From Toensbergia leucococca (taxonomy: Eukaryota), in contig JALDZS010000168.1 of the NCBI GenBank assembly GCA_022813965.1, positions 1 to 51,122 of the forward strand: DNA of 51,122 nt, given 5' to 3'. The notes beneath the pieces are model-generated. The model was not told the DNA's origin. It worked only from the letters and a program-made list of their open reading frames with translations, and did no database searches. Below, piece by piece: positions 41,255 through 51,122 of the stretch; the stretch's first letter is position 1; every line of letters starts with the position of its first letter. A program made the position numbers and the translations under genes.

Positions 41255-41439
41255 TTCGGGTGGTCGCTGGTTGATGGAGATGTCCGTAGTTGGATGTTGG
41301 GCATTAAAAGTGGAATGGCGCTAGTGAACCGCGTATTTAAATACATAAGCGCGAGCTTGAGAAAGTTGTCCTTTACGGTCCTTTCCTTACTACAGATCTC
41401 AAATCACACATACTTTGTTCAAAGGAAACTGTCGTCAGG

Positions 41440-41960
41440 ATGCGGATTCTTGTGGTAGCTCTTTTCTACTCTCTCGTAGCCGTTGCGCAGGCGCAGTTCC
41501 AATTTTTCGAGCAAATGTTTGGTGGCCAGGGCGGACAACAGCAACAGCAGCAACAACCACAGAACGTTGCGAGCGATTCTACTTGGTATCAGCAGACCTA
41601 CGAATCCGGTAGGTCCTTATCTTATTACCTTTCCATTCCCCACATTACTGCTTTGTCTTGAAGACCGTGTGATCACAGGCTCAAACCCGTGACATCTCTG
41701 TCTCAAGGGTTTAGTTTGGAACTTATCATTCCTCTTTTACCTCGTATCCTGACACTTGCTATCTAGCTCACTGCACGAACTACCTCTGCCCCGGCACCCT
41801 CGCCTGCGTGCACTTCCCACATCACTGCCCTTGTGCCTTTCCAGCTGTCGAGGATAAAGTTGAGCTGGGAGACGGAATTGCGATTTGTGTTTCAAAAGGA
41901 GGGTTTAAAGCCGGAGAAGCGGCTAGGAAGATTGAGTTGGCCAGGAAGGGTTTATTGTGA
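41440..41960 (+). CDS. LCL2: Long chronological lifespan protein 2; exons 41440-41608, 41767-41960
   Basis: Signal peptide, [11 protein letters not shown], poly-[69 protein letters not shown]. Confidence 0.92.
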
Positions 41961-42559
41961 TTCGGGTGTCGAGAAAATATGGAACTAGAAAGATGTTTAT
42001 GAGTATGTGAGCTTCTGAGGTGCAAGCAATGCTTTTGATGGTGACAGCTGCTACATAGCATAGCTTGTGAGCATCTCTGCTTGGACTTGAGTGGTGTGCA
42101 TGTGCTGACAAAACAGACTTTTGTTCATGCCCACTCCCGAGGACGTAGTTGAGAAGATCAATACTAGACTCCAATAGTAGCGGTGCTATGAAAAGAACGA
42201 AATAGTGCCCGCTGCTTTGACACAATCGTACCTTCCTGATATAGCGAAGGATTTTCTAAGTCTCTGCTTATTGTCTTTGTTTTGCTAAATGTATTTTGGA
42301 TATGGCTCCAAATTCTCTCTCCACCGACGGTTAGCAAAGTACTCAATTTGAAGTTTCAAGTCGCATTCTCCTTTTACCTATGGCGCTTTCTCGTTAGCCG
42401 ACAGACTTGGTGGCTCAAGATCCGTCCATCTTACTGATAAGCAGGCTTTTTACGCAGTGAAATCCTTCATAGGTTACCAAATCAAGCTAATACGTGAACA
42501 GCTTTCAAAGCTTGCAAAAAGTCTGTGGTTGCTCTTTACTGCCCAATTACAGTCACGGG

Positions 42560-43060
42560 CATGGTGGAGATGTGAGATGATAATTTCGGCTTTCAACAGT
42601 CTTCTTTCGAATTACAATTGATTTCTGTCCAACAATTCTGAAAATGGCCTGGTCTTGTGGGGGTGAATCGAGGTGTCTGGCCTGAATTGTGACTGCGAAA
42701 GACCAAGTCTTATATTACCCTAGGTGAAGTCCAATAGAGCCAGTGTTCGGGCCGTCCTCTGAGCGAAGACAAGGCGACAATAAACATTCAATGCGAAAAT
42801 GGCAAGAAATACTGTTACTGGCTAATCCCGGCTACACCCCCCTATCTTGGCCTCTCCCGTCTTTCTGACCCGTCGTTCGATCGAGCCCAAGTTGATTAGG
42901 GTTATCTACCCCGCCTTCTCGACCCCACAAAATAGGCCGCTGCAGCAGGCAACAAGCAAAGCCGGATCACCGAGCCAATTGTCATGATTGCACTTCTTAG
43001 ATTGGCAAATTGACCGCGAAGTTCTAAATCCATGTCTCCGGACCGCAATCTATATATTGC
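42560..43060 (+). promoter_or_regulatory. Putative alcohol oxidase promoter with CreA-like SYGGRG sites, a CCAAT box and a TATA-like element
   Basis: SYGGRG matches on either strand at 42564, 42657, 42909, 42923 and 43036. CCAAT at 42975 and TATATAT at 43051. All are short motifs and only modestly above chance. Confidence 0.3.
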
Positions 43061-43158
43061 TCACAATGCCTATCGCACCATCACCATCTCCATCTGACTC
43101 TAAGGCTGTGGAACGACTTCTTGAAGATTACTGTGCCAACTGAGCCAAACACCTCGAT

Positions 43159-45368
43159 ATGTCGACCCACGAAGATGGAAAGGAATATGACATCGTTATT
43201 GCAGGCGGTGACTCCACCCTTTTTTAGCAACTCAATATTATAACCGCTCACACTAGTTTTCATAGGGGGTACGGCAGCGTGTATCATTGCAGGCCGTCTA
43301 ACCCAAGCTGATCCATCTCTCTCCATTCTCATTATCGAAGGAGGGAAGAACAATCTCAATGATCCTTTGGTTACCAACCCTGCCATGTATCTTGCCCATC
43401 TCGCCCCTGATTCGCAGACGGCCCTTTTCTACAAATCGAATGCCAGTAAACATCTAGCTGGCCGAGAAGCTATTGTACCTTGTGGAGGAATACTTGGGGG
43501 AGGTAGCTCCATTAATTTTACAATGTACACAAGAGCTCAAGCTTGTGACTATGATAGTTGGAAGACCGAAGGATGGGATTTTGAAAGTCTACTGCCTCAC
43601 TTGAAAAAGGTATTTTTATTTCCAATAGCGATTAAATTCTTGGTGAATCCCAAAATTCATGTGAGGTAGTTAGAGACTTACCACATGGAGGATCCTTCCA
43701 TCGACACGAGTCTCCATGGCTATGATGGTCCGATAAATATCTCCCGTGGTACACACGCTCCTCGAGGTCCCGAGGATGATCTCTTAGCTGCCGCTGAAGC
43801 CTTGGGTGAACCCGAGATTGTTGATCTGCAAGATTTTAAGGCATGTGGAGGATTTTCGGTACGTGCAACGAGGCTTATAGTACATCGCATATAACAGGCT
43901 GATCGGAATACTTCAGCGTTGGGCGCGCTATGTCGGCCCCGACGGGAAACGTCAAGATACTGCTCACAGATATGTGCATCCTCTCATGGCAGACGGCAAA
44001 CATCCAAATCTCCATCTTCTTCTTCAGAGTAAGGTGGTTCGTGTGCTATTTGATGAGAACAATCGCGCCAATGGAGTTGAGTATGAACCCTCGGCAAGCT
44101 TCCAACCCACCATCTCTCTCAGCAAGCCAAAACACTGCGCCGTGAAGGCACGGAAGATGGTCATTGTTGCTTCGGGTGCTTTAGGTACTCCTTCAGTGCT
44201 GGAGAGATCTGGCGTCGGAAACAAGGATGTACTGGAGAAGCTAGATATCCCCGTCATGTCCAATTTACCTGGCGTGGGTGAAAATTACCAAGATCATCAT
44301 CTGATACTTTACCCTTACAAGACGAATTTGAAGCCAGACGAGACTATTGATGGCCTTTTGAGTGGCAAGTTGGACTTCGTGAAGGCGATTGAGGAGAAGA
44401 ACCCACTTTTGGGCTGGAATGCCATTGATATTTGCTCGAAACTTAGACCGTCAGAGAAAGAAATTGATGAGCTTGGTGCAGATTTCAGGGAAATATGGGA
44501 CAAGGACTTTAAGACACAAAAGGAGAGACCAATGATGCTTATGGGTGTAATCTCCTCGTACGCTCCTTGAAACTGCTAAACTCTTCTGTCGCTGACGGTA
44601 TGATCCAGCTTCCTTGGCGACCACTCAATCCTTCCAGAACCTCCGCAGCAGTATGCTACAATGGGCACATACACGGCGTACCCCTACAGTCGTGGCAGCA
44701 TCCATATTGTCTCCAAATCTGCCTCAACCCCCGCATCCTTTGATACTGGTTTCCTTTCACACCCTGCCGACCTAAAGAAGCAGCTCTGGGCATACAAAAA
44801 GCAACGTGAGATTTACCGCCGCACCAACGCCTACCAAGGTGAACTTGAGCTAGGCCATCCCGCCTTCCCGGCTGGTAGTAAAGCTGGACTGGTGGAAGGA
44901 GGAAAGAAGGGCGGCTTTACAAGCTTGGAGGAGAGGAAGGCGTTGCCACCGATTGAGTATAGTGCTGAGGACGACAAAGCCATCGAGGATTGGATTCGCG
45001 GGAACCTGAATACTACCTGGCATAGTCTGGGGACTTGTAAGATGGCGCCTAGAGAGGAGGGTGGGGTGGTGGATAAGGAATTGAATGTTTACGGGGTGAA
45101 GGGTCTTAAACTTGCTGGTGAGTGCTGGCATTTCCGTCTCTTCCCTTCCATCTTTTTGGCCAATTTTCTGGCCAATCTCGTTGCTGACTTTACTGGTTTA
45201 TCGGCAGATTTGTCCATCGCACCTGAGAACGTAGCTGCTAATACGAATAATACTGCACTGATGGTTGGAGAGAAGGCGGCTGCTATCATTATCAAGGAAC
45301 TGGGGCTAGGAAAGAAGAAGCCTGGGCCAATAATCGAGGAAGATGCTCCTTTGCAGGCGAATCTGTAG
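43159..45368 (+). CDS. Alcohol oxidase-type GMC oxidoreductase (AA3_3-like); exons 43159-43207, 43266-43609, 43670-43858, 43917-44557, 44609-45117, 45208-45368
   Basis: FAD motif YDIVIAGGGTAACIIAGRL, GILGGGSSINFTMYTRA, GKRQDTAHRYVHP, LPGVGENYQDH, YPYSRGSIHI. Catalytic His/Asn motifs TTWHSLGTCKM and ADLSIAPENVAANTNNTA. C-terminus QANL. Confidence 0.93.
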
Positions 45369-45803
45369 TGTGGATTTTGGTTTTGGGGTTCTCAATGTGG
45401 GGATCGAGAGATCGAATTGGGCGGTTTTGGTTCTGTATTCAAAGAGGCTTCAGTCTCCTCTGTCGGTCTATCGGTACTTGGCGGTTCCCAATCCACTTTC
45501 ACTGTGAGTGATGGTAGTCATGAGAAGCACGAAGGTTTTCATCTGTCTTCCCTCTGATTGTTTCTCAAGTGCTTCACTATAACGATGCTGTCACCGCCGC
45601 CGCTTTACCAAGAGTTTCGACTGATTCACTACCAGGCAACATAAATACCCACATCTAACATCAGCAAGCGCTTTTTCTCTTCAGTTCATCTACACCACAT
45701 CCACCACTTTCAAATTCTAGACTTCCAAGCATTCAAGCATCATCTCATCCAAATAACCACCTCTACTATCTTCCAACAGACTACCACCATCTCTTCGACC
45801 GCC

Positions 45804-46244
45804 ATGCACTTCTCAATCCCCGCCCTCCTTCTCACCCTCCTCACCTTCACCTCCCCAGCCCTCGCAGATGACTGGAACTTCTATTTGTGGGAGCACTTGG
45901 ATGTGACATACAACGTCTGCACCAACGAAATGCACTCCGATCACGGCGACGGCAACAAAGCCTGCGAACAAGCCGACACCATGGACCCCACCTACTGCTG
46001 GAACTCGACCGACAACTGGGAATCCGACACCTGCACCGTGCAGCTGTATAGCTCGGACAATTGCGAGGACGACTTGATTGTTGATACTATTGATAGTCTT
46101 AGTCGTAAGTCTACCGGTTTTTCTCTGGAAGGGGTATTTGTTATGAGACAACTTTGCTGATGAGTGATGTTGGGGGCTGTAGATACTAGGGGCTGTGTTG
46201 ATACCGGGCATGTGATTTTGTCGTATGATGTTGTCGATTGCTGA
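45804..46244 (+). CDS. Small secreted cysteine-rich acidic protein, 120 aa; exons 45804-46104, 46183-46244
   Basis: Signal peptide MHFSIPALLLTLLTFTSPALA. An intron (gtaagt..gctgat..tag) gives the C-terminus HTRGCVDTGHVILSYDVVDC*. TATA-like ATAAATA at ~45641. Confidence 0.8.
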
Positions 46245-47260
46245 TTGCCACCTTGAAAGGCAAGTTCGCTCTGACTCTGGAATTGGGCTGCTTGACTTGT
46301 GTGATGATTGACTGGTGCTTCCATGTTCATCCGTTATAGTCTACTACGCACTCTCACACGAAGCGCATGAGCAGTCACGGAATGCGGTGGATTGATGCAG
46401 TAGGGGACACGAATGGAGCATGTGTATGCTTGTTTTGCTAATTGGGCTATTGCATATAGAGAAAGATGTGGAGCGTACGCATGCTTGTCCTGGCCAATCG
46501 GGGCTGTTACCTATAGATGGAAATCTGTGTCTTTCTCAGGCTCTGATCTGCAAAAACTATATCCACTGCTCAATTTCTCTCACAGCATTTCTGAGCTCAG
46601 GCTTTCAATTTTTCATTTCTTCAGGAACCCCTCCCGTATGAATTTTTCTCAAACATTCAACTGATACCAATTTACCTGATCAAAGATTCTAATCTAGTTC
46701 ACTCAAAAAGCCAAGTTAATCTAAGCAACTTTCCCAATCTCACATCAACAATCCTCTGCATAATCAGAGCCAGCCCCTCTTGCAAATTTTCTTGAAACAT
46801 GTCCCTCAACCGGATTACTGCCGGTACACCCCTAAGTTCGATACGGGTTTGCGAGCGTCAATGTCAGAATCGCCAACGGAGCATCCTAAGCTTTCTGCAC
46901 ATCGGTCCTGCCATCCTTATTCAATTCCTCCCAAAATCGGGGGACCATATAAATGGTTAGGGTCGCGGCTTTGCCACACGCCCACGCCATGGGATTTTCT
47001 GTTCCCCATTCTTTGCATGTCCTTGGCGTGGTTTTCCACAGTTACGTTTGTAATTAGAGTTCTTCAAGATTCGGATGATTTTTTTTTGAAAAGCTTGTGA
47101 GTTTTATTGTTGTGTCTAAGGCCTCACTCGCATCTTGCGTCAATGCAGAGTCAGTTTGCTTTTTGCCGTGAATGATCAGATTGGGGAGACGGTGGAGTAG
47201 GAAGGCGAAATTGGCCAAAGGTAGGAAGATGACTTGTCACAAATGCACGAGATGCGCGCA

Positions 47261-48326
47261 TCATTCACAGCTGTCGGTCTCAATGTCGCTAGAGTCAGGA
47301 AACGCCTCGACTGGGGGGGGGAGGGGACTAGCAGAAGCAATGGCCCACAGGAACGAGATCGAGGCCATTTTCGCTTCCTGCTGGGCTTTTGCGGGAAGGA
47401 AGTTTGTGTTTTCCTTCACTTTTCTTTTCTGCTCGGTGCAGTATTCCGTTATCTCCTCATCCGGCTTTCTGCGATAAGTGTTGAAGGGTAAGGCATTGGA
47501 ATCAAACTTCGTCTTCCATGTTCATCGGGATCAAAAACCTAGCTAGGAGAAGTTTCTTTGAAACCTCTTGACATCATCTTGGGTGGCTCGATCAAGAATA
47601 TGAGTCTTTCAGCATGTTCCGAATCGTGGGAGTTTTTTATTCACCTCACTTTGGCGGCTTCTCCAGTACGCTGATCATTAACTGTTTTCAGTCACTTATC
47701 AGAAGTTTTGACTTTATGAAGCTTTTCTTCTTTCAAAATTTATACTCATCATCTGATCTCTTTGATTTTATCATCATATTTGATGTGAGTTTTTATGTTG
47801 AAAATGATGACATTGATATCTTGTATGGCCGCGGGTGTGGTTATAGTTGAGCCTGATCAAGTAAATGAATTTAGAATGCTCTCAGAGTTTGATTCTGATG
47901 AAGTGAGCTCTGTATGCAGGCTGACACAGAAGTATTTACGGTTGAAAGTGATCAAGTTGATGAGCCTGAGATAAGATTGGGTTCTGAAGCTGAGTTAGGC
48001 TCCGATGGTGTGGATGGGTCTTGTTTCAGGTCCATCGAAAGGCGAGATGATCGTTCGATCAGTTCCTCCGTGGTGCCTGGTTTTCAACGGCTACTATGAT
48101 GCAAACCAGCTTGCCACCTGCGTAAGGTGGACTCCGTGTAGTCTAAGTCAGTGAGTTGATCGGAAAGATAATCACTCTCTTTTCTTCTTTAGGAAGCAGA
48201 TTCCTGTGATTGTCACTTAGAGAAAAGATTAATATCAGATCACTGATCATCATGACTAGAGCTGCTATTATAGTGAATGAGTTTCAAGCTACGTGATCTG
48301 AATATATTAATTCTTCTAAACATCAT
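47261..48326 (-). pseudogene. AT-enriched degenerate coding relic with many TGA/TAA stops (RIP-like or methylation-driven decay)
   Basis: Reads MMFRRINIFRSRSLKLIHYNSSSSHDDQ*SDINLFSK*QSQESAS*RRKE (stops at 48240, 48213, 48189). Further on it reads IKTHIKYDDKIKEIR**V*ILKEEKLHKVKTSDK*LKTVNDQRTGEAAKVR*IKNSH. Local excess of TGA/TCA and few CG. Confidence 0.55.
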
Positions 48327-48877
48327 TATGAATGCTGAGTAGATGATTTAATACTGAATAAATTATAAGTAAGTGTCTAAAAGATCAATATATGGCGCAC
48401 AAAGAAAACCTCATTCCCCTCGAGCTCTTTCCCATGTCCCATGTCTCCCTATCTGACTCGAGGGAGCCTATAGCTACCTTCTCGGCACCCATGTCTTTCA
48501 GCCTAACCCTTTACGTAGTGGTACGTGATAGATTTTTGCTACGTGAGGTCAAGCCCGAGAGCTCTCGACTCGGCTCTGCAAAGTCATCCTGAGCGCGCTT
48601 AACGGAAGCGCCGAATTTGGAACGGGCGAGACTATTATGAGCCGGCCATTGAGTGTTGCTTGGCTTTTCAACGTCATCTGCAAAAGCAGGGCCAGAATAA
48701 CGGTTCAGCATAGGATCATATACTTCTCTACAGCTGACACTAAATTTATCATCGACTGGCGCCACCCGATAAAGACCACACCTCAAGCCAAACTATCTCC
48801 ATTCAAATCAATAGCGTCATGACACCCCCTAGCGCTTTCCTACTCAGACCTCCCTCTTCCTCTGCCCACAACCAAGC

Positions 48878-49747
48878 ATGCCTCTCCGTCCGCATCGTCC
48901 ACCCCGTCTCCTACTCAGCCTTTCCCTCCCAGCGTTTTTCTCAACCATGACATCCACCTCCCCAACTTCAAACCCCACCGCTCAGCCAATTCGCCCTTAC
49001 AAACCCCGCCATACCATCTTTCCCTACACAACCCCAGACTTCCTCCGCCAAGACGAATCCGTCGACACAGACTTCTACAGTCAATCCCGGTTTGTCACTC
49101 ACATCGACGATACTGCCATCGCTCTCCTACGCTCCTACTACCTCCACAACCTCCCCCCTTCAGGCCGCATTTTGGATCTCTGCTCTAGCTGGATCAGTCA
49201 CTTCCCGCCTTCGCTCGAAGCTGTAGCCATCAAGGCCAAAGAGCAAGAAACCTCATCAGAAACAGAGCAACTGGAAGTCATAGGTTTAGGTATCAATGCC
49301 AAAGAGCTCGCCGCAAACCCAATCCTCAAATACACACTCCTTCAAGACTTGAACGAAAACCCCACCATCCCTCCCCACCTTGCCCCCCTCTCAGCAGCCA
49401 CCTGCGTCGTCAGTGTCGACTACCTTACCCAGCCGCTCAAGGTCCTTTCCTCCCTCCGCTCGCTTATGAAACCGGACACGCATGTCCACCTGGTGATCTC
49501 AAACCGGTGCTTTCCTACCAAGGCTGTTGGACGGTGGTTACGGGTTGGGGAAGAGGAAAGATTGTTGATGGTAGGGGATTATCTGTGGTGGGCGGGTTTC
49601 CGGGATGTGGAGATTGTGACACTGAACGATGGTAAGGGGCAGGCCGAGGCTGGAAGCTGGTTTGCTTTCTTGAAGAGTACGGATCCTTTGTGGGTGGTTC
49701 GGGGAAGAAATCCAGGGCTAGAGGAAAGTAACGGAGAACGAAAATAG
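48878..49747 (+). CDS. Class I SAM-dependent methyltransferase (Methyltransf_11-like; FY..RFVTHIDD family)
   Basis: RQDESVDTDFYSQSRFVTHIDDTAI, RILDLCSSWISHFP, GLGINAKELAANP, QDLNENP, CVVSVDYLTQP, ISNRCFPTKAV and DPLWVVRG. Single exon. Confidence 0.88.
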   Translation: MPLRPHRPPRLLLSLSLPAFFSTMTSTSPTSNPTAQPIRPYKPRHTIFPYTTPDFLRQDESVDTDFYSQSRFVTHIDDTAIALLRSYYLHNLPPSGRILDLCSSWISHFPPSLEAVAIKAKEQETSSETEQLEVIGLGINAKELAANPILKYTLLQDLNENPTIPPHLAPLSAATCVVSVDYLTQPLKVLSSLRSLMKPDTHVHLVISNRCFPTKAVGRWLRVGEEERLLMVGDYLWWAGFRDVEIVTLNDGKGQAEAGSWFAFLKSTDPLWVVRGRNPGLEESNGERK

Positions 49748-50047
49748 ACTTGGCGGATCATTTGCAAGAGATACCCACATGCACGCGAATAAGAGGTATG
49801 TTGACGGGATTAATTATAATTAACCATTGCTCTTATGTTATACTCTCCGCACTGAACCCCTTTACAGCTATCCGCCGAACACAGAAGTATGAGATGATTC
49901 ATGATTTCAACGATAGAACTATAAGAGCTTATATGGACCTAGCATGGATTCAATGGCTTATCAAAACGCGGTATATTAAAAAAGATATTAGCAATTAACC
50001 TCCCCAACTGTAACAGTACCCCTCAAGACCCCCCCTGATCCAACTCC

Positions 50048-50428
50048 TCACAAGCCGAACCCACCATCGCAATCCCCATACAACTCCACAAGTCTCCTCT
50101 CATCATCCTCAGCTCTCCTCAACATCTCCACCCGCCACGGAATCTCTTCTACCCTCCCCAGCGCCTCAGCCTCTCTCATCAAACGGCCAAGCTCTGCCAC
50201 CTTCCACCGCCGCGACTCGAGCTCCTCGCCGTAGCATCCTGGGCAGTATCCAGGCAGCGCGTGCGCTCTTTGCACCAAAACGGCCTGGTTGCAGTAGCGG
50301 GGCAGAGCATTTTTTCTAAAGCGTGGGAGGATGAGGTTCAATAGGTGGATGTGAAGGCATTCGTGCTTTGTGCGTTGGGAGAGGAGGCAGCCGCATTTTA
50401 GGTGGTGGGTGTTTTTTATTTGGCACAT
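50048..50428 (-). CDS. Hypothetical 126-aa Cys/His-patterned protein (possible Zn-binding N-terminus, charged helical C-terminus)
   Basis: MCQIKNTHHLKCGC..HEC...YC...GYCPGC followed by a charged helix. ATG is in an AAAATG context, with TATA-like ATATATAAA ~160 nt upstream on the minus strand. Confidence 0.55.
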   Translation of the reverse strand: MCQIKNTHHLKCGCLLSQRTKHECLHIHLLNLILPRFRKNALPRYCNQAVLVQRAHALPGYCPGCYGEELESRRWKVAELGRLMREAEALGRVEEIPWRVEMLRRAEDDERRLVELYGDCDGGFGL

Positions 50429-50659
50429 TTTTTGTGGAGGGGGTATGGATGGATGGACTGGGTTGATTTTGTGTTTGTTGGCGATGAGGACGTTGTGGAT
50501 TCTGGGCACGAGGGCTTGACACCGGCTCACGAGAAGAGAAGAGAAGAGGAGTCCTTTTGGGGGCTGGGTGCAATTGGGCTGGGTTTATATATCTCTTTGG
50601 GCAAGTCACAATTTTCTAGCTTTTGAGCGCTTTGCTTGGACAGAGGCTTTGGACTTCAT

Positions 50660-51122
50660 TGTTCAGGGGGACATTTGGTTTTTGTTTTTGTTTTTTTAAA
50701 GGGGAGGTGAGACTTGCATGTTTTGGTGTGTGTGTGTGTGCATGCGTGTTTCATGGCCCTGGGGCATGCGGGAATGGGCTTTCTGTGTGAAGTTTCTTTT
50801 TTGTGAAGTGAGGATCTTTCTTTTTGCCGGGGGGGGAGAGGGAGGGTTTTGGGTTGCATAGGGGGTTTTTTGCGGTGGGAATGTGTTTTTTTCCCCCGAG
50901 CATTTGGGGGAGGGTTATTTTTTATATTGGATGGAGTTGTTTTGTTTTTTTTTTTGGTTTCGGACCGCTTTTTTTTTTCTTTGTTCGGGGCAACGGAATT
51001 CGACAGGATTGGGATCTGTGGAGTTGTGGGACCCTTTTTTTTTTGGTGGTTTTTTTTGGCGGGAGGGGGGGGGGGGGGGGGGGGGGGAGGGGGGGGGGGG
51101 GTGGTTTTGTGGTGGTTTTTTT
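50660..51122. repeat. G/T-rich low-complexity terminal tract including (TG)n at ~50726-50740 and ~40 nt of near-pure poly-G at 51059-51101
   Basis: Homopolymer and dinucleotide runs read directly from the sequence. Confidence 0.85.

Noticed and set aside
42368..42382. CCTTTTAC resembling U5 snRNA loop 1
   Set aside because: It lacks the leading G and the flanking stem of U5.

Overview
Gene-dense, intron-containing chromosomal DNA from a filamentous ascomycete (Pezizomycotina-type GT..AG introns, mostly 50-120 nt, with CTRAY branch sites). The species cannot be fixed from the sequence. Conserved genes recognised from motifs: queuine tRNA-ribosyltransferase accessory subunit, MET12-type MTHFR, NDP kinase, FLILHELTA/MRX11, thymidylate kinase, SLX1, a KDM5/Lid2 JmjC demethylase, PPX1/Prune exopolyphosphatase, a BCS1-type AAA ATPase, a DUF6594 protein, Rad9/Crb2, mitochondrial bL27m, LCL2, an alcohol oxidase and a class I methyltransferase. 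Accessory pockets between them hold three secreted orphan proteins and at least three decayed genes, one with many C-to-T stop codons. Two of the secreted proteins can only be read after manual splicing. The most striking unexplained structure is a series of about ten points where the + strand flips abruptly from C/A-rich to G/T-rich, strongly enough to alter the encoded amino-acid composition. I found no tRNA, rRNA, CRISPR array or intact transposon, and no complete new multi-gene system that can be shown from sequence alone. All exon boundaries were derived by hand and are unverified by RNA data.
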